DNA of 41,150 nucleotides. Origin: a candidate division WOR-3 bacterium (GTDB lineage Bacteria > Hydrothermota > Tepidihabitantia > Tepidihabitantales > JBDRVQ01). Positions 16,307 to 26,073 of this stretch are shown piece after piece. The translations under genes and the position numbers were made by a program. Under the pieces are notes generated by a model. It made no database searches and had not been told where the DNA came from. It saw only the letters and a program-made list of their open reading frames with translations. The stretch spans positions 1 to 41,150 of the forward strand of contig JBDRVU010000002.1 in the NCBI GenBank assembly GCA_039802085.1, in the 5' to 3' direction. Within the stretch, counting starts at the first letter, position 1. The number at the start of each line of letters is the position of its first letter.

Positions 16307-17980
16307 ATGCGGCGTATTGGAGAGTTGATGGAAATTCTCCGGAAGAAACCCTATCCGGAGAAATTAAGAGCGATTGATGAGTTAAAAGGTAGCCAATCAC
16401 CAGAATGTGCCTCAGTTTTAATCAATGGTCTTTATGACCCCGACACTCGCGTGCGGAAGGCAGTGAGTGAGGCCTTAATCTCCTTAGGTGCGATCGCCTT
16501 CAATTCCCTCATTTCCGGTTTGAAAACCCAAGACCGCACCGTCCGGAGAAATATCTTATTAATTTTGGAAAAGGTTAATGAAAATAATCCTTCCTTGGCG
16601 AATAAAACAGAAGAGATCTTACTCAACTGCCTCAAAGACCCAGACCCGGTAGTCAAGGCTCAAGCTGCGGAAAACCTTGGTAAGATGAAAAGCAAAAAAG
16701 CTATTCCCCTTCTCCTTTCCCTCTTAACCGATATCAACTTTTGGGTCCGTTCCTTAGCCGCTCTGGTCTTAGGAGAGTTAGGCTCAGTCGCTGATGCGTC
16801 AACATGGGAAAAGGTTGTGCAATCCCTAATTGAGCGGTTGAAGGATATTAACCCTTGGGTAAGACGAAGTGCCGGTGAGAGTCTAGGGAAGTTAAAGGCA
16901 AAGGAGGCGGTTGATAAAATTAGCGAACTTGCCCTCACCGACCCCTCGGATATTGTCCAGGATGCGATGATTGATGCCTTAAAAACAATCGGGACAATTT
17001 CCCTCCCACCATTCCAGAAAACCCTCGCCGGTCCAGATATCAAGGAAAGGATGAAGGTGATGACGATTCTGACAAAGATCGGAGAAATTGCTCTCCCGGC
17101 CATTCTCCCCCTTTTGGCAAGTGAAGATATAAATCTAAAAACAATTGCCTGTTCGATTTTAGGGCAGATTGGCAGTCCCCAGGCTGCGGACTATCTCATC
17201 CAATTAGTCTCCGCCGAAAAAGGGAATATCCAAATTTTGGCAATGAACGCCTTATCCCAAATCAAAGAAGAAAAGGTAGTAAAATATCTAATTGACCTCC
17301 TCTCTCATCCCGACCCAGCCATCTCGGATGAAGCAAAGAAAAGTTTGGAAAAGATGGGGGCATATGCGGTCTCCTTTCTTTTGCCGGAGTTGAATAATCA
17401 AAATGCCCAGGTGCGGATGAAAGTATGCGAAGTGTTAGGTAATATCGGAACAGAAAAAATTGCTTATGCCTTAGTGAAAAAGATATCCGACGAAAACCCT
17501 TGGGTTCGGGCCGCGGTTTGTGAAGCATTAGGTAAGATTGGCAGTAAAGGAATTACCCCTTATCTCATCATCGCCCTTAAAGACCACTCTCCCTTGGTCC
17601 GCGCCAAAGCCTGTGAGGCATTAGGGCTCCTCCGCGTCCCACACGGCATAGCAGAACTCACTGCCCGAGTAAAAGATGATGACCTCTTGGTAAAAATTTC
17701 CGCCTTGAAAGCCCTCACTGAGATTAAGGGTGAAGATGCGAAACCAATAATAATTGAAGCACTAAAAGATGAAGACTTTGAGATGCGGATCGCAGCGATT
17801 CAAGCCCTGGGCCAATTGGAGGCAATCGAAACTCTTCCCCTCTTAGAAAAAATTGCTCAACCCTGGCCCTTAAGCCGGGAAAACGACGCGGTAAAAGAAG
17901 CGGCCCAGCAAGTAATAAGAAAATTTAAGGGAGTTATTGCCTATCGCCGAGAGAAGATGAGACCCGCCGGCTCCGCCTGA
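16307..17980 (+). CDS. HEAT-repeat (PBS-lyase HEAT-like) protein
   Basis: 557 aa. About 15 tandem units of roughly 31 aa of the form D.D..VR..AA.ALG.IG...A...L (e.g. DPDTRVRKAVSEALISLG, DINFWVRSLAALVLGELG, DENPWVRAAVCEALGKIG, DHSPLVRAKACEALGLL). Confidence 0.85.
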   Translation: MRRIGELMEILRKKPYPEKLRAIDELKGSQSPECASVLINGLYDPDTRVRKAVSEALISLGAIAFNSLISGLKTQDRTVRRNILLILEKVNENNPSLANKTEEILLNCLKDPDPVVKAQAAENLGKMKSKKAIPLLLSLLTDINFWVRSLAALVLGELGSVADASTWEKVVQSLIERLKDINPWVRRSAGESLGKLKAKEAVDKISELALTDPSDIVQDAMIDALKTIGTISLPPFQKTLAGPDIKERMKVMTILTKIGEIALPAILPLLASEDINLKTIACSILGQIGSPQAADYLIQLVSAEKGNIQILAMNALSQIKEEKVVKYLIDLLSHPDPAISDEAKKSLEKMGAYAVSFLLPELNNQNAQVRMKVCEVLGNIGTEKIAYALVKKISDENPWVRAAVCEALGKIGSKGITPYLIIALKDHSPLVRAKACEALGLLRVPHGIAELTARVKDDDLLVKISALKALTEIKGEDAKPIIIEALKDEDFEMRIAAIQALGQLEAIETLPLLEKIAQPWPLSRENDAVKEAAQQVIRKFKGVIAYRREKMRPAGSA

Positions 17981-17993
17981 CGAGGCGATTAGG

Positions 17994-18848
17994 TTATTCT
18001 AAAAGGGCATCGGCAAACTCTTCTGGGGAAAATTCCACCAAATCTTCCATCCCCTCCCCAAAACCGATAAATCTTATCGGCAAAGATAACTCCTGGGCAC
18101 AGGCTAAAACAATCCCCCCTTTGGCGGTACCGTCCAGTTTCGTCACAATTATCCCGGTAATTCCCAACTCTTCTGAGAAAACCTTTGCCTGAACAATCCC
18201 ATTCTGCCCCACCGTGGCATCCAAAACTAAAAATATATCATCTGGTCCGTTCTCCTTCACCTTCCTAATAACCCGCTTTATCTTTTTTACCTCTTCCATC
18301 AAATCCTTTCTCGTATGAAGGCGCCCCGCGGTATCAATTAAAACCACATCAATCCCTTTACTCTTTGCCTTAATGATGGTATCAAAGGCAATCGCGGCCG
18401 CATCCTGCCCTTTTTCCGAAGGTACAATCTCCACCCCTACCTTATTAGCCCAGATCGTTAGTTGCTGGGCAGCTGCATCGCGGTAGGTATCACTGGCGGC
18501 AATCACCACCTTTTCCCCTTTCTTCTTGAAACGATAAGCCAACTTGCCTACCGTGGTTGTCTTCCCTGAACCATTCACCCCAACAACCATAATGATATAG
18601 GGAGGAAGAGCGTAAGGGGGCGAAGGTTTTTCCCCTACTTTTAGAATTTCTATAATCTCCCTTTTTAACATCTCCTTTCTATTTCCTGACCCCTTCCGCA
18701 ATTTTGTCAAAAGCATTTCTGTTACCTTCACTCCACAATCCGCGGATAAAAGAACCTCCTCCCACCGGGAAACATCTTCTTCTTGGAAGATATTTTTTAG
18801 TAATTCTTTTGTCTTTTTTAATCCCGCCTTCAATCTTGCCCAAATCAT
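17994..18848 (-). CDS. ftsY: signal recognition particle receptor FtsY (NG domain only)
   Basis: 284 aa. VGVNGSGKTTTVGKLA (G1), DTAGRLH (G3), TKLDGTAKGG (G4), GFGEGMEDL. Confidence 0.95.
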   Translation of the reverse strand: MIWARLKAGLKKTKELLKNIFQEEDVSRWEEVLLSADCGVKVTEMLLTKLRKGSGNRKEMLKREIIEILKVGEKPSPPYALPPYIIMVVGVNGSGKTTTVGKLAYRFKKKGEKVVIAASDTYRDAAAQQLTIWANKVGVEIVPSEKGQDAAAIAFDTIIKAKSKGIDVVLIDTAGRLHTRKDLMEEVKKIKRVIRKVKENGPDDIFLVLDATVGQNGIVQAKVFSEELGITGIIVTKLDGTAKGGIVLACAQELSLPIRFIGFGEGMEDLVEFSPEEFADALLE

Positions 18849-18905
18849 ACCCTTTCATATTAACCGAAGATTATAAAAAAGCAAGTTTTAGTTCAGTGAG
18901 GCTAT

Positions 18906-18934
18906 TTGACAGATGGTAATTTTTATCTTAAAAT
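18906..18934 (+). promoter_or_regulatory. sigma-70-type promoter: TTGACA-17-TAAAAT, with a conventional leader
   Basis: TTGACA(18906-11), a 17-nt spacer, TAAAAT(18929-34). A leader of about 48 nt containing GAGGAGG precedes ATG 18989. Confidence 0.55.
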
Positions 18935-18988
18935 ATATGTTTTATAAGTTATTAACTATGCGCGATAAAATAGAACGAGGAGGAAAGT

Positions 18989-20782
18989 ATGATTAACATA
19001 AATAAAAAGCTCTTTACTTTAATTATTTTTGGATTTATACCTATCTTCTTTTTCTTTCTCAATTGTGGGAAGAATAAGCCACCTAATACCCCATATCTCA
19101 CTGGACCAACTACTCTGGCGGTAAATGCCGAAGGTGAGTTTAAGGCACAGAGTAAAGACCCGAATAATGATGAGATCCGCTATATCTTTGACTGGGTTGA
19201 CAAACAAGAAACTACCGGCTATTTGCCATCAGGTGATACCGCCAAGAAAAATCATTCCTGGTCAACCGCTGGCCAATATCAAGTCAAGGTGAAAGCCCAG
19301 GATAAAAAAGGAAACCTCTCGGATTGGTCATCTGTTCTTACGGTTTCGGTTGTGGCTAATGCCAATCCGAATAAGCCAACGGTTACCGGACCAAATTCCG
19401 GCTTAAAGGACTCCTCTTATACTTTCTTTGTCACCCCAACCGACCCTGACAACGATTCGGTTCGGGTCTTCTTCCTCTGGGGCGACGGCAAGATGGATAC
19501 TTCCTCCTGGGTAAGTTCCGGAACCCAGGTGGCAAAAAGCCATGCCTATACCGATACCGGCTCTTTCTCCATTAAGGCACTAGTCCAGGACATAAAGTTT
19601 TCTCTTTCTGATACCTCGGACCCAAAAACATTCACAGTTCTTTTAGGATATGAACCCGGAGAAATCCTCTGGACATTTATCGCGTCAGATGAGTTTACCT
19701 CTTCCCCCGCGTTAGTTACCGAAGGTGGTATCCCGGTAATCTACATCGGTTGTAAAGATGGGAAGGTTTATAAACTCAATGGCCGAACCGGCGCCAAGAT
19801 GGCGGAATTTATTTCGCCGGTTTCCGGTGATGAGTTTAACTCTTCCCCAGCAATTGGGACCGATGGCACGGTCTACATCACAAGTGAAGAAGGTTACCTC
19901 TTTGCCCTAACCTCCAACCTAACCCTCAAATGGCAGTGGCCCGCATTATCAAGAGGGATGCCCTTCACCTCTCCGGCCTTAACCGCTGATGGTAAAATTG
20001 TTGTCGGTAACGAGAATACAATTCTTTATTGTGTGAAAGATAATGGGAGTAGCGCGGAGTCTTTATGGGCTTACCAGGCAAGGGGACCAATCTTTTCCTC
20101 TCCGGCAATTGATGGCCAAGGTAATATCTACTTCGCGGATTTAACATCTGATTCTGGTTATCTTTATAAGTTAAACTCATCAGGCCAACTCCTTTGGGAG
20201 AAACCAACCGGTGGTGAGGTCTATTCCTCGCCGGCGATTGATGCCCAAGGGAATGTTTTCATCGCTTCTACTTTTGGAAGGGTCTTTGCCTTTGATGCCG
20301 ATGGCAATAACCTCACCGGCTGGCCAGTGGTAGTTCCGGATACCGCAGAAATCCACTCCTCGGTAGTTTTTGAACCCTCCGCCAATCTTATTCTCCTTGG
20401 TCATGACCGCGGTGTTATTCTCTATCAGACAAACGGAACCCTAAGAGACCACATCTTGGTAGTCCCCGAAGAGGTCTATTCCACTCCAACCGTGGCCCAG
20501 GATGGTATTGTCTATTATCTCACCAATGAAGGTTGGTTTGTTGGTTATAACTACATTAACCGCACATCTCTCTTTACCCAATATCTCGGCTCCCGTTTTG
20601 GCAAAAGACCTCAGGAAGACATCTATCCTTCGCCAACGATCGCTTCGGATGGGATAATCTATATCGCTTATGAAGAATATCTCTATGCCCTTTACGGCAA
20701 TAAACCACTCGCCAACTCCGCCTGGCCAAAATTCCGCCAGGGCTTAAAGAATACCGGAAGGGCGGGCGGCGGTAAGAAATAG
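18989..20782 (+). CDS. lipoprotein with two PKD-like domains and a PQQ-like/BamB-like beta-propeller
   Basis: 597 aa with a lipobox (FFLNC). Two units of about 90 aa carry DPNNDEIRY / DPDNDSVRV plus H.W/Y...G.Y.V.V.A.D (PKD-like). About 8 blades follow with SSPAI..DG.IY...(G.L)YA motifs, and a C-terminal WPKFRQGLKNTGRAG. Confidence 0.75.
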   Translation: MININKKLFTLIIFGFIPIFFFFLNCGKNKPPNTPYLTGPTTLAVNAEGEFKAQSKDPNNDEIRYIFDWVDKQETTGYLPSGDTAKKNHSWSTAGQYQVKVKAQDKKGNLSDWSSVLTVSVVANANPNKPTVTGPNSGLKDSSYTFFVTPTDPDNDSVRVFFLWGDGKMDTSSWVSSGTQVAKSHAYTDTGSFSIKALVQDIKFSLSDTSDPKTFTVLLGYEPGEILWTFIASDEFTSSPALVTEGGIPVIYIGCKDGKVYKLNGRTGAKMAEFISPVSGDEFNSSPAIGTDGTVYITSEEGYLFALTSNLTLKWQWPALSRGMPFTSPALTADGKIVVGNENTILYCVKDNGSSAESLWAYQARGPIFSSPAIDGQGNIYFADLTSDSGYLYKLNSSGQLLWEKPTGGEVYSSPAIDAQGNVFIASTFGRVFAFDADGNNLTGWPVVVPDTAEIHSSVVFEPSANLILLGHDRGVILYQTNGTLRDHILVVPEEVYSTPTVAQDGIVYYLTNEGWFVGYNYINRTSLFTQYLGSRFGKRPQEDIYPSPTIASDGIIYIAYEEYLYALYGNKPLANSAWPKFRQGLKNTGRAGGGKK

Positions 20783-20797
20783 CCAAGGAATTAACTG

Positions 20798-20834
20798 GGG
20801 TCCCAAAAGTTCTAATCTTTTGGGACCCTTTTTT
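20798..20834 (+). terminator. Rho-independent terminator
   Basis: GGGTCCCAAAAG(20798-809) ttctaat CTTTTGGGACCC(20817-828) TTTTTT(20829-834). It is a 12-bp perfect stem, 16 nt after the stop of the preceding gene. Confidence 0.85.
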
Positions 20835-20842
20835 CTTAAAGG

Positions 20843-21535
20843 GTGAGTATTAGAGAAAATATTAAAACCCTTAAGGAACGGATTGAAGAGATTTGTGCCA
20901 AAAAAGGTAGAAAAGGTGAAATTACCATCGTGGCGGTTACGAAGGGAGTTCCCACAGAAAAAATAAGGGAAGCGATCGCTTGCGGTATTAAAATCATCGG
21001 GGAAAATCGGGTGCAAGAGGCATTTAGTAAATATCAAATAATCGGCGAAGAGGTAGCATGGCATATGGTTGGTCATCTCCAAACGAATAAAGTGAAAAAG
21101 GCACTCCAATTTTTTCAAATGATCCAGAGTGTTGACTCACTTCATCTCGCCTTAGAGATTGATCGGCAGGCAAGGGAGAAAAATAAAATAATCCCCGTTT
21201 TAATTGAGGTGAACACCTCGGGCGAAGAGACAAAATTTGGAATCCCCCCTAACCAACTCTTCTCCCTTTTCGAAAATCTCTTGCCCTTAAAGAATATAAA
21301 AATCTCTGGCCTTATGACTATAGGTCCAGGTCTGGCGGTCGTTAATCCCGAAAAGTCCAGACCATCCTTCCGGCAACTATGGGAATTACGGGAAAAGGTG
21401 CGAGAGCAATTTTCCCTGCCCCCTTCGGATTTTCACATTCTCTCTATGGGGATGTCTTCGGATTACGAAGTGGCGATTGAAGAAGGTGCCAATATGATAA
21501 GGATTGGCACCGCCATCTTCGGCGAGCGAAAATGA
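20843..21535 (+). CDS. yggS: YggS-family pyridoxal-phosphate homeostasis protein
   Basis: 230 aa, GTG start. IVAVTKGVPTEKI (PLP Lys), GENRVQEA, WHMVGHLQTNKVK, LSMGMSSDYEVAIEEGANMIRIGTAIFG. Confidence 0.92.
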   Translation: MSIRENIKTLKERIEEICAKKGRKGEITIVAVTKGVPTEKIREAIACGIKIIGENRVQEAFSKYQIIGEEVAWHMVGHLQTNKVKKALQFFQMIQSVDSLHLALEIDRQAREKNKIIPVLIEVNTSGEETKFGIPPNQLFSLFENLLPLKNIKISGLMTIGPGLAVVNPEKSRPSFRQLWELREKVREQFSLPPSDFHILSMGMSSDYEVAIEEGANMIRIGTAIFGERK

Positions 21536-21894
21536 GCCGCGAACAATTTGAAGAATTGGTCTTAGAGGCGCTAAAATCCCTTCCCCCTTTCTTCCAAAAA
21601 AAGATGGAGAATGTGGAAATTGTGATTGAAGAATTCGCCCCACCCTATATCCAGAAGCGCCTGGGAATTCACCCCTATGCCTTATTCGGCTTATACCAGG
21701 GTGTCCCCTTAAAAAAGAGGGGTTCCTTTTATGGCAATGTCTTACCGGACAAAATTACCATTTTCCAAAGACCGATTGAATTGGCCGCAGGGAATGAAGA
21801 GGCAATTAAAGAGTTGGTGAAGAAAGTGGTAATGCATGAGATTGCTCACCATTTTGGTTTTGATGAGAAGGAGTTAAGGGACTTGGGTCTGTAA
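21532..21894 (+). CDS. small zincin-like metallopeptidase-fold protein (Zincin_1/DUF1025-like)
   Basis: 120 aa. HEIAHHFGFDE near the C-terminus and an N-terminal LP..F...L.NV.I.IE pattern. ATGA overlap with yggS. Confidence 0.7.
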   Translation: MSREQFEELVLEALKSLPPFFQKKMENVEIVIEEFAPPYIQKRLGIHPYALFGLYQGVPLKKRGSFYGNVLPDKITIFQRPIELAAGNEEAIKELVKKVVMHEIAHHFGFDEKELRDLGL

Positions 21895-21900
21895 TTGCCA

Positions 21901-24900
21901 CTATTTCACAAAGATAAGCTTTCTCTCTTCCCCTAAATTTAATTCCGGATAGCCATCAACTTCCAAAGACAGAAAATAAATTCCCGCGGGCAATCCCTTT
22001 ATTGTAAAGAGGCCGCGGGCGGTCCTTTCCGAATAGACAATCGCGCCGAGGGTATTGTAGACCTTTAATCTCACCCAATCCTTTTCCGGCAAGGAGTAAT
22101 AAATCTTCACTACTCCTTTTGCTGGGTTTGGCTTCACAGCAAAACTAAACCTTGGGGTGGTAACTTCCTTTTCTGAAAGTCCTATTAGACCTAAGGTTTT
22201 AATAATTGTGAAACTGCTCCATTCTTGGTCAGTGACATAAGAGAAGGAATCGGCTGCGCATACATTCTCATAGCAACAGCCTTCTGATTTATAATAGGCA
22301 TAGAGTGTGGGGTTTTGGGGATTGGAAATATCAATAACCCTAAGACCAAGGTCTCCGTAGGCGATATGAGCATAATTACCTCGCACAGAGACACCGCTGG
22401 CGCTACCTGGTGCCCGGTAACGACTAATTTTGATCGGGTTAAGGGGATTTGAGACATCAATAATTAAAAGACCGCCCTCATAGGTAGCAACAAAGGCATA
22501 ATTCCCTTGAACAGCGATTCCTCCATTCCATCCAGTATCAAATGGAACGAAGGAGACATGGCGCGGGTTGGAAGTATCGGAAATGTCTACTACAAAAAGC
22601 CCGTAGGCAGTTCCACCCCATCCATCCAGATAGGCATACGAACTGCATACTGCAATATGATATAAAGGACCGAGAGGGCAGAACCCTCTTGGGACGGGGT
22701 TAGTTGGGTTGGAGATATTAAGAATCCGCAGACCCCAACCTCTCCAAGGGTGAAATTCGCAGAGGTAAGCAAAATTTTCCCTCACCTTTAAGTCCGAGAA
22801 ATTGCCCGGATATACCCCCATCCGATTTGGATTTCTTGGATTAGAGATATCAATTATAAGAAGAGAATCGGAAGCAAGGAGGTAGGCATAAGTATTTCCC
22901 ATATCTAAGGTATGAGCATTAGATACCCGGTAAGTTCCGATACTTCTTGGGTTCTCAGGGATGGAGATGTCAACCACCTGAAGTCCGGAATCGGAGGCAA
23001 GACAAGCATAAGAATCAGAGATTGCTATGTTATAAACTCGGTTTTTTTCTCTTTCTTCCCCTTCATAATCACTAGCGATGTAAATCCCACCGGTTGGGTC
23101 GGAGATGTCTATTACATTTAGTCCGTGGCCACCACAATAAGCATAATTACCGCTAACCCACACATCCAATGCCGTAGTCCCAACCCTTCCCACCAAAAAA
23201 AGGGTCAAGGGATTAGCAACATTTATGATGTAAAGACCCCTAGAATTAACAGCTACATAAGCTAAGGTATCTTTAACATACACACTATGGGTAAAAATTA
23301 ATCTATCGTAATGACTAACTTCAAAAGGATTTCTTGGGTCTGAGACATTTAAGACGCGAAAATCTACACAGCCACTCAAATAAGCGAAGGTGTCTATAAC
23401 AAAGACATCATAAGTATAAGAGGGATAAAACCCAACTTCAAAGGGACTTTCTGGCTCTGAGATGTCCACAATGCGGAGTCCACTTTCGCCGCTTGCTACA
23501 TAAGCGAAAGTATCTTTGATATAGAGATTAAAAAGTAATCCCGGGAGAGTGCAATGGGCGACTTCGTAAGGATTTGTGGGGTCAGAGACATTAATTATCT
23601 CAAGGGTGTGATTGAGAATATAAGCGAAGGTATCTTTAACATAAACGTCAGTAACATATCCGGTTGTTTCACAAAAACCCACTTCAAATGGATTTTCTGG
23701 GTCGGCAACATTTATGATGCGAAGCCCTCCGTAACCGTCCGCCACGAAGGCGAGAGAATCTTTGACATATACATTGTGGGGGAAATAAAGTGAATCATAG
23801 TGACCAATTTCAAAAGGGGTAGTTGAATTAGCGAGATTGATAATGCGAAGTCCTTCTAATGAGGTTACCACATAACCGATGGTATCTTTCACAAACACTC
23901 CTTCGCTTATCCAACTACCGCATCTCCCAACTACCGGTGGCCCAAAATCCGAGCAGTCAATAACATAGAAATTCTCCCCATCGACATTATAAACCGTCCT
24001 ACCTTGGACCGAAAGGGCATTGCCTTCTTCTGCATAGCAAGCCCAAAATTGGCATGCCAGAGATGGATTTAAGGGGTTAGAGATATTAATGATGAAAAGC
24101 CCATCGCCGACTGAATAGGCATAATCTCCCGAAAGTTTAATAGTTGTGCTCCATATTTCTCCATCAAGATATGCCACTGGGACCGGATTTTGGGGGTCTG
24201 AGATATCAATCACCCAAAACCCTTCCCCTACGGCATAGGCGTAATTCTCCCTCACCACCACATCTTCTATCTCTCTTTCCAAGACAATTTCGCCTCGCCA
24301 TCGGGGAGACCTCGGATTGGAAATGTCAATAATTCCCAATTTCTGCCAGCCGATGACCGCGTAGGCAAAATCGCCAAAAACTGAAACCTGCCGGCATTCC
24401 GGAGATAATGGTAAGTAGCCAATCGTCGTTAGATTTCTGGGGTTGGAGATATCTATAACTCTTAATCCACTCTGATTGCCGAGATAGGCATAAAGACCCT
24501 GAATTGCTATATCGTAAACCCAATCACCTTGGAAGGATAAAGACCCTACGACATTGGGATTCTGAGAATTTTCCACATCAATTACTTTCAGTTTATCATC
24601 ACCAACCGCAAAAAGATAATTTCCGGATTTGGCAAGACTCGGTATCATACGAAGATAGGTTCTAACCTCACCAATCTTTCTGAGATTAGAGGTATCCGAA
24701 ATATCAAGGATTATTAACCAGCCTTGCGGTTCCGAATAACCCCCAACATAGGCGTAATTACCCTCGGTAAGGCAGGTAACCATATCTAAATCCCACTGGG
24801 GATATTCTAACCTTCCTACTAGTCGGCAGTTTAAGGAATCGGCTTGGGTAAAATTCGTTGTTATCGTTTTTTGGTGTCCGTCTCTTTTATACCTTCTATC

Positions 24901-25038
24901 CTTTGTCTTTCTTTTTATCTCTATTAAATCGCCTCTCCCCTTTTTCTCTTTAATCCGAGGATATTTTGAATAATTGAAGGCAAAAGAGGTTTCTGTTAAT
25001 ATAAACATAACTAATATCAAAATTATATTTTTAAGCAT
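21901..25038 (-). CDS. secreted LVIVD-repeat protein (20 repeats) with T9SS/FlgD-Ig-like C-terminal sorting domain
   Basis: The track ORF runs to 25107. I start at ATG 25038 (MLKNIILILVMFILTETSFA signal peptide), which follows GGGAGGGA. There are 20 units of the form G-L-R-[VI]-[IV]-[DN]-[IV]-S-[ND]-P-x-N-P (GLRVIDISNPRNL, GLRIINVADPENPFEVG, GLLIIDVSNPLNP...). The C-terminal ~80 aa (VKIYYSLPEKDWVRLKVYNTLG...GIYFLSLEV...KLIFVK) resemble Por_Secre_tail. Confidence 0.85.
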   Translation of the reverse strand: MLKNIILILVMFILTETSFAFNYSKYPRIKEKKGRGDLIEIKRKTKDRRYKRDGHQKTITTNFTQADSLNCRLVGRLEYPQWDLDMVTCLTEGNYAYVGGYSEPQGWLIILDISDTSNLRKIGEVRTYLRMIPSLAKSGNYLFAVGDDKLKVIDVENSQNPNVVGSLSFQGDWVYDIAIQGLYAYLGNQSGLRVIDISNPRNLTTIGYLPLSPECRQVSVFGDFAYAVIGWQKLGIIDISNPRSPRWRGEIVLEREIEDVVVRENYAYAVGEGFWVIDISDPQNPVPVAYLDGEIWSTTIKLSGDYAYSVGDGLFIINISNPLNPSLACQFWACYAEEGNALSVQGRTVYNVDGENFYVIDCSDFGPPVVGRCGSWISEGVFVKDTIGYVVTSLEGLRIINLANSTTPFEIGHYDSLYFPHNVYVKDSLAFVADGYGGLRIINVADPENPFEVGFCETTGYVTDVYVKDTFAYILNHTLEIINVSDPTNPYEVAHCTLPGLLFNLYIKDTFAYVASGESGLRIVDISEPESPFEVGFYPSYTYDVFVIDTFAYLSGCVDFRVLNVSDPRNPFEVSHYDRLIFTHSVYVKDTLAYVAVNSRGLYIINVANPLTLFLVGRVGTTALDVWVSGNYAYCGGHGLNVIDISDPTGGIYIASDYEGEEREKNRVYNIAISDSYACLASDSGLQVVDISIPENPRSIGTYRVSNAHTLDMGNTYAYLLASDSLLIIDISNPRNPNRMGVYPGNFSDLKVRENFAYLCEFHPWRGWGLRILNISNPTNPVPRGFCPLGPLYHIAVCSSYAYLDGWGGTAYGLFVVDISDTSNPRHVSFVPFDTGWNGGIAVQGNYAFVATYEGGLLIIDVSNPLNPIKISRYRAPGSASGVSVRGNYAHIAYGDLGLRVIDISNPQNPTLYAYYKSEGCCYENVCAADSFSYVTDQEWSSFTIIKTLGLIGLSEKEVTTPRFSFAVKPNPAKGVVKIYYSLPEKDWVRLKVYNTLGAIVYSERTARGLFTIKGLPAGIYFLSLEVDGYPELNLGEERKLIFVK

Positions 25039-25122
25039 ATTCCCTCCCTTTTGTTTTTCACCCTTAAGATAAAATCCTTTGACCATCTTTAATCCCCTAT
25101 CTCCCATTTAGTTTTCCATAAT

Positions 25123-25150
25123 ATTATAAAATTTAATTCTAATTTGTCAA
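25123..25150 (-). promoter_or_regulatory. sigma-70 consensus promoter of the LVIVD gene: TTGACA-16-TATAAT
   Basis: The reverse complement reads TTGACA(25150-45) aattagaattaaattt TATAAT(25128-23). Confidence 0.6.
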
Positions 25151-25194
25151 TATCAACTAGCATCTCTGTGTTTTAGGCGATGAGGATTAAGGGG

Positions 25195-26073
25195 TTACTC
25201 CCGATAGACCTTCTCTTTGATAAAATTTATATCCTTGCGCCAGCCCTCTTGGACTTTCACCCAAAGTTCCAAATAGACCCCTTTATGCAAAAATGTCTCA
25301 ATATTCTTCCTTGCCAAACTTCCCAACTTCTTTATCGCCTTCCCCCCTTCCCCAATAATAATTTTCTTTTGGGATGGCTTCTCCACATAGATTATCGCCC
25401 GGATGTAATCTTTCCCTCTTTCTCTCTCTTTGAACTCATCAATCTCCACGGTTGTGGCATAAGGGATTTCTTCCCCATAGAGGGTGAATATCGCCTCTTT
25501 TATTGCCTCCGCAACAAAAAACCTTTCCGACCTATCCGAAATCTCTTCTGGCGGATAATAAGGTACCCCTTCAGGAAGTCTCGCCACAATTCCTTTCTTT
25601 AACTCTTCTAAGCCAATCAAATGCAAGGCGGAAATGGGATAGATATCCTCAAAACCCATCTCCTGATAATCAGCCATTATTGGTAAAAGGGAATCCTTGG
25701 GCACTAAGTCAATCTTGTTGATGACAATTATCGTCGGCTTCTTTTCTGTAATTAATCTTCTCAAAACCTTTTCCTCCTCTTCATCCGGTGGACCGTCTGC
25801 TGAAGCGATAAAGAGAAGTAGGTCGGAATCGTCAATTATCCCTTCAATCTCTTTTATCATCAATTCTTGTAAAGGATATTTTGGAGTCAAAATCCCTGGG
25901 GAATCTAAGAATAGAACCTGGTAGTCATCCTCCGTTAGGATGCCCAAAATCCGATGCCGGGTGGTCTGGGGCTTGGGGGAGATGGCGGACAATTTGTATT
26001 TGAGTAGGGCATTAAGAATCGTTGACTTCCCGACATTCGGTTTTCCAATCAATCCGCAATAGCCGACTTTCAT
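25195..26073 (-). CDS. era: GTPase Era
   Basis: 292 aa. GKPNVGKSTILNAL (G1), LDSPGI (G3), NKIDL (G4), and a C-terminal KH domain (IIGEGGKAIKKLG). Confidence 0.95.
   Translation of the reverse strand: MKVGYCGLIGKPNVGKSTILNALLKYKLSAISPKPQTTRHRILGILTEDDYQVLFLDSPGILTPKYPLQELMIKEIEGIIDDSDLLLFIASADGPPDEEEEKVLRRLITEKKPTIIVINKIDLVPKDSLLPIMADYQEMGFEDIYPISALHLIGLEELKKGIVARLPEGVPYYPPEEISDRSERFFVAEAIKEAIFTLYGEEIPYATTVEIDEFKERERGKDYIRAIIYVEKPSQKKIIIGEGGKAIKKLGSLARKNIETFLHKGVYLELWVKVQEGWRKDINFIKEKVYRE

Noticed and set aside
25039-25107. The track's N-terminal extension MGDRGLKMVKGFYLKGEKQKGGN on the LVIVD protein.
   Set aside because: The ATG at 25038 follows a strong GGGAGGGA SD and begins a typical signal peptide. 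The extension would bury that signal peptide.
25180-25602. A 140-aa + strand ORF, and 31816..32307, a 163-aa + strand ORF.
   Set aside because: They are antisense to era and pyrC respectively, both of which have unambiguous motifs.
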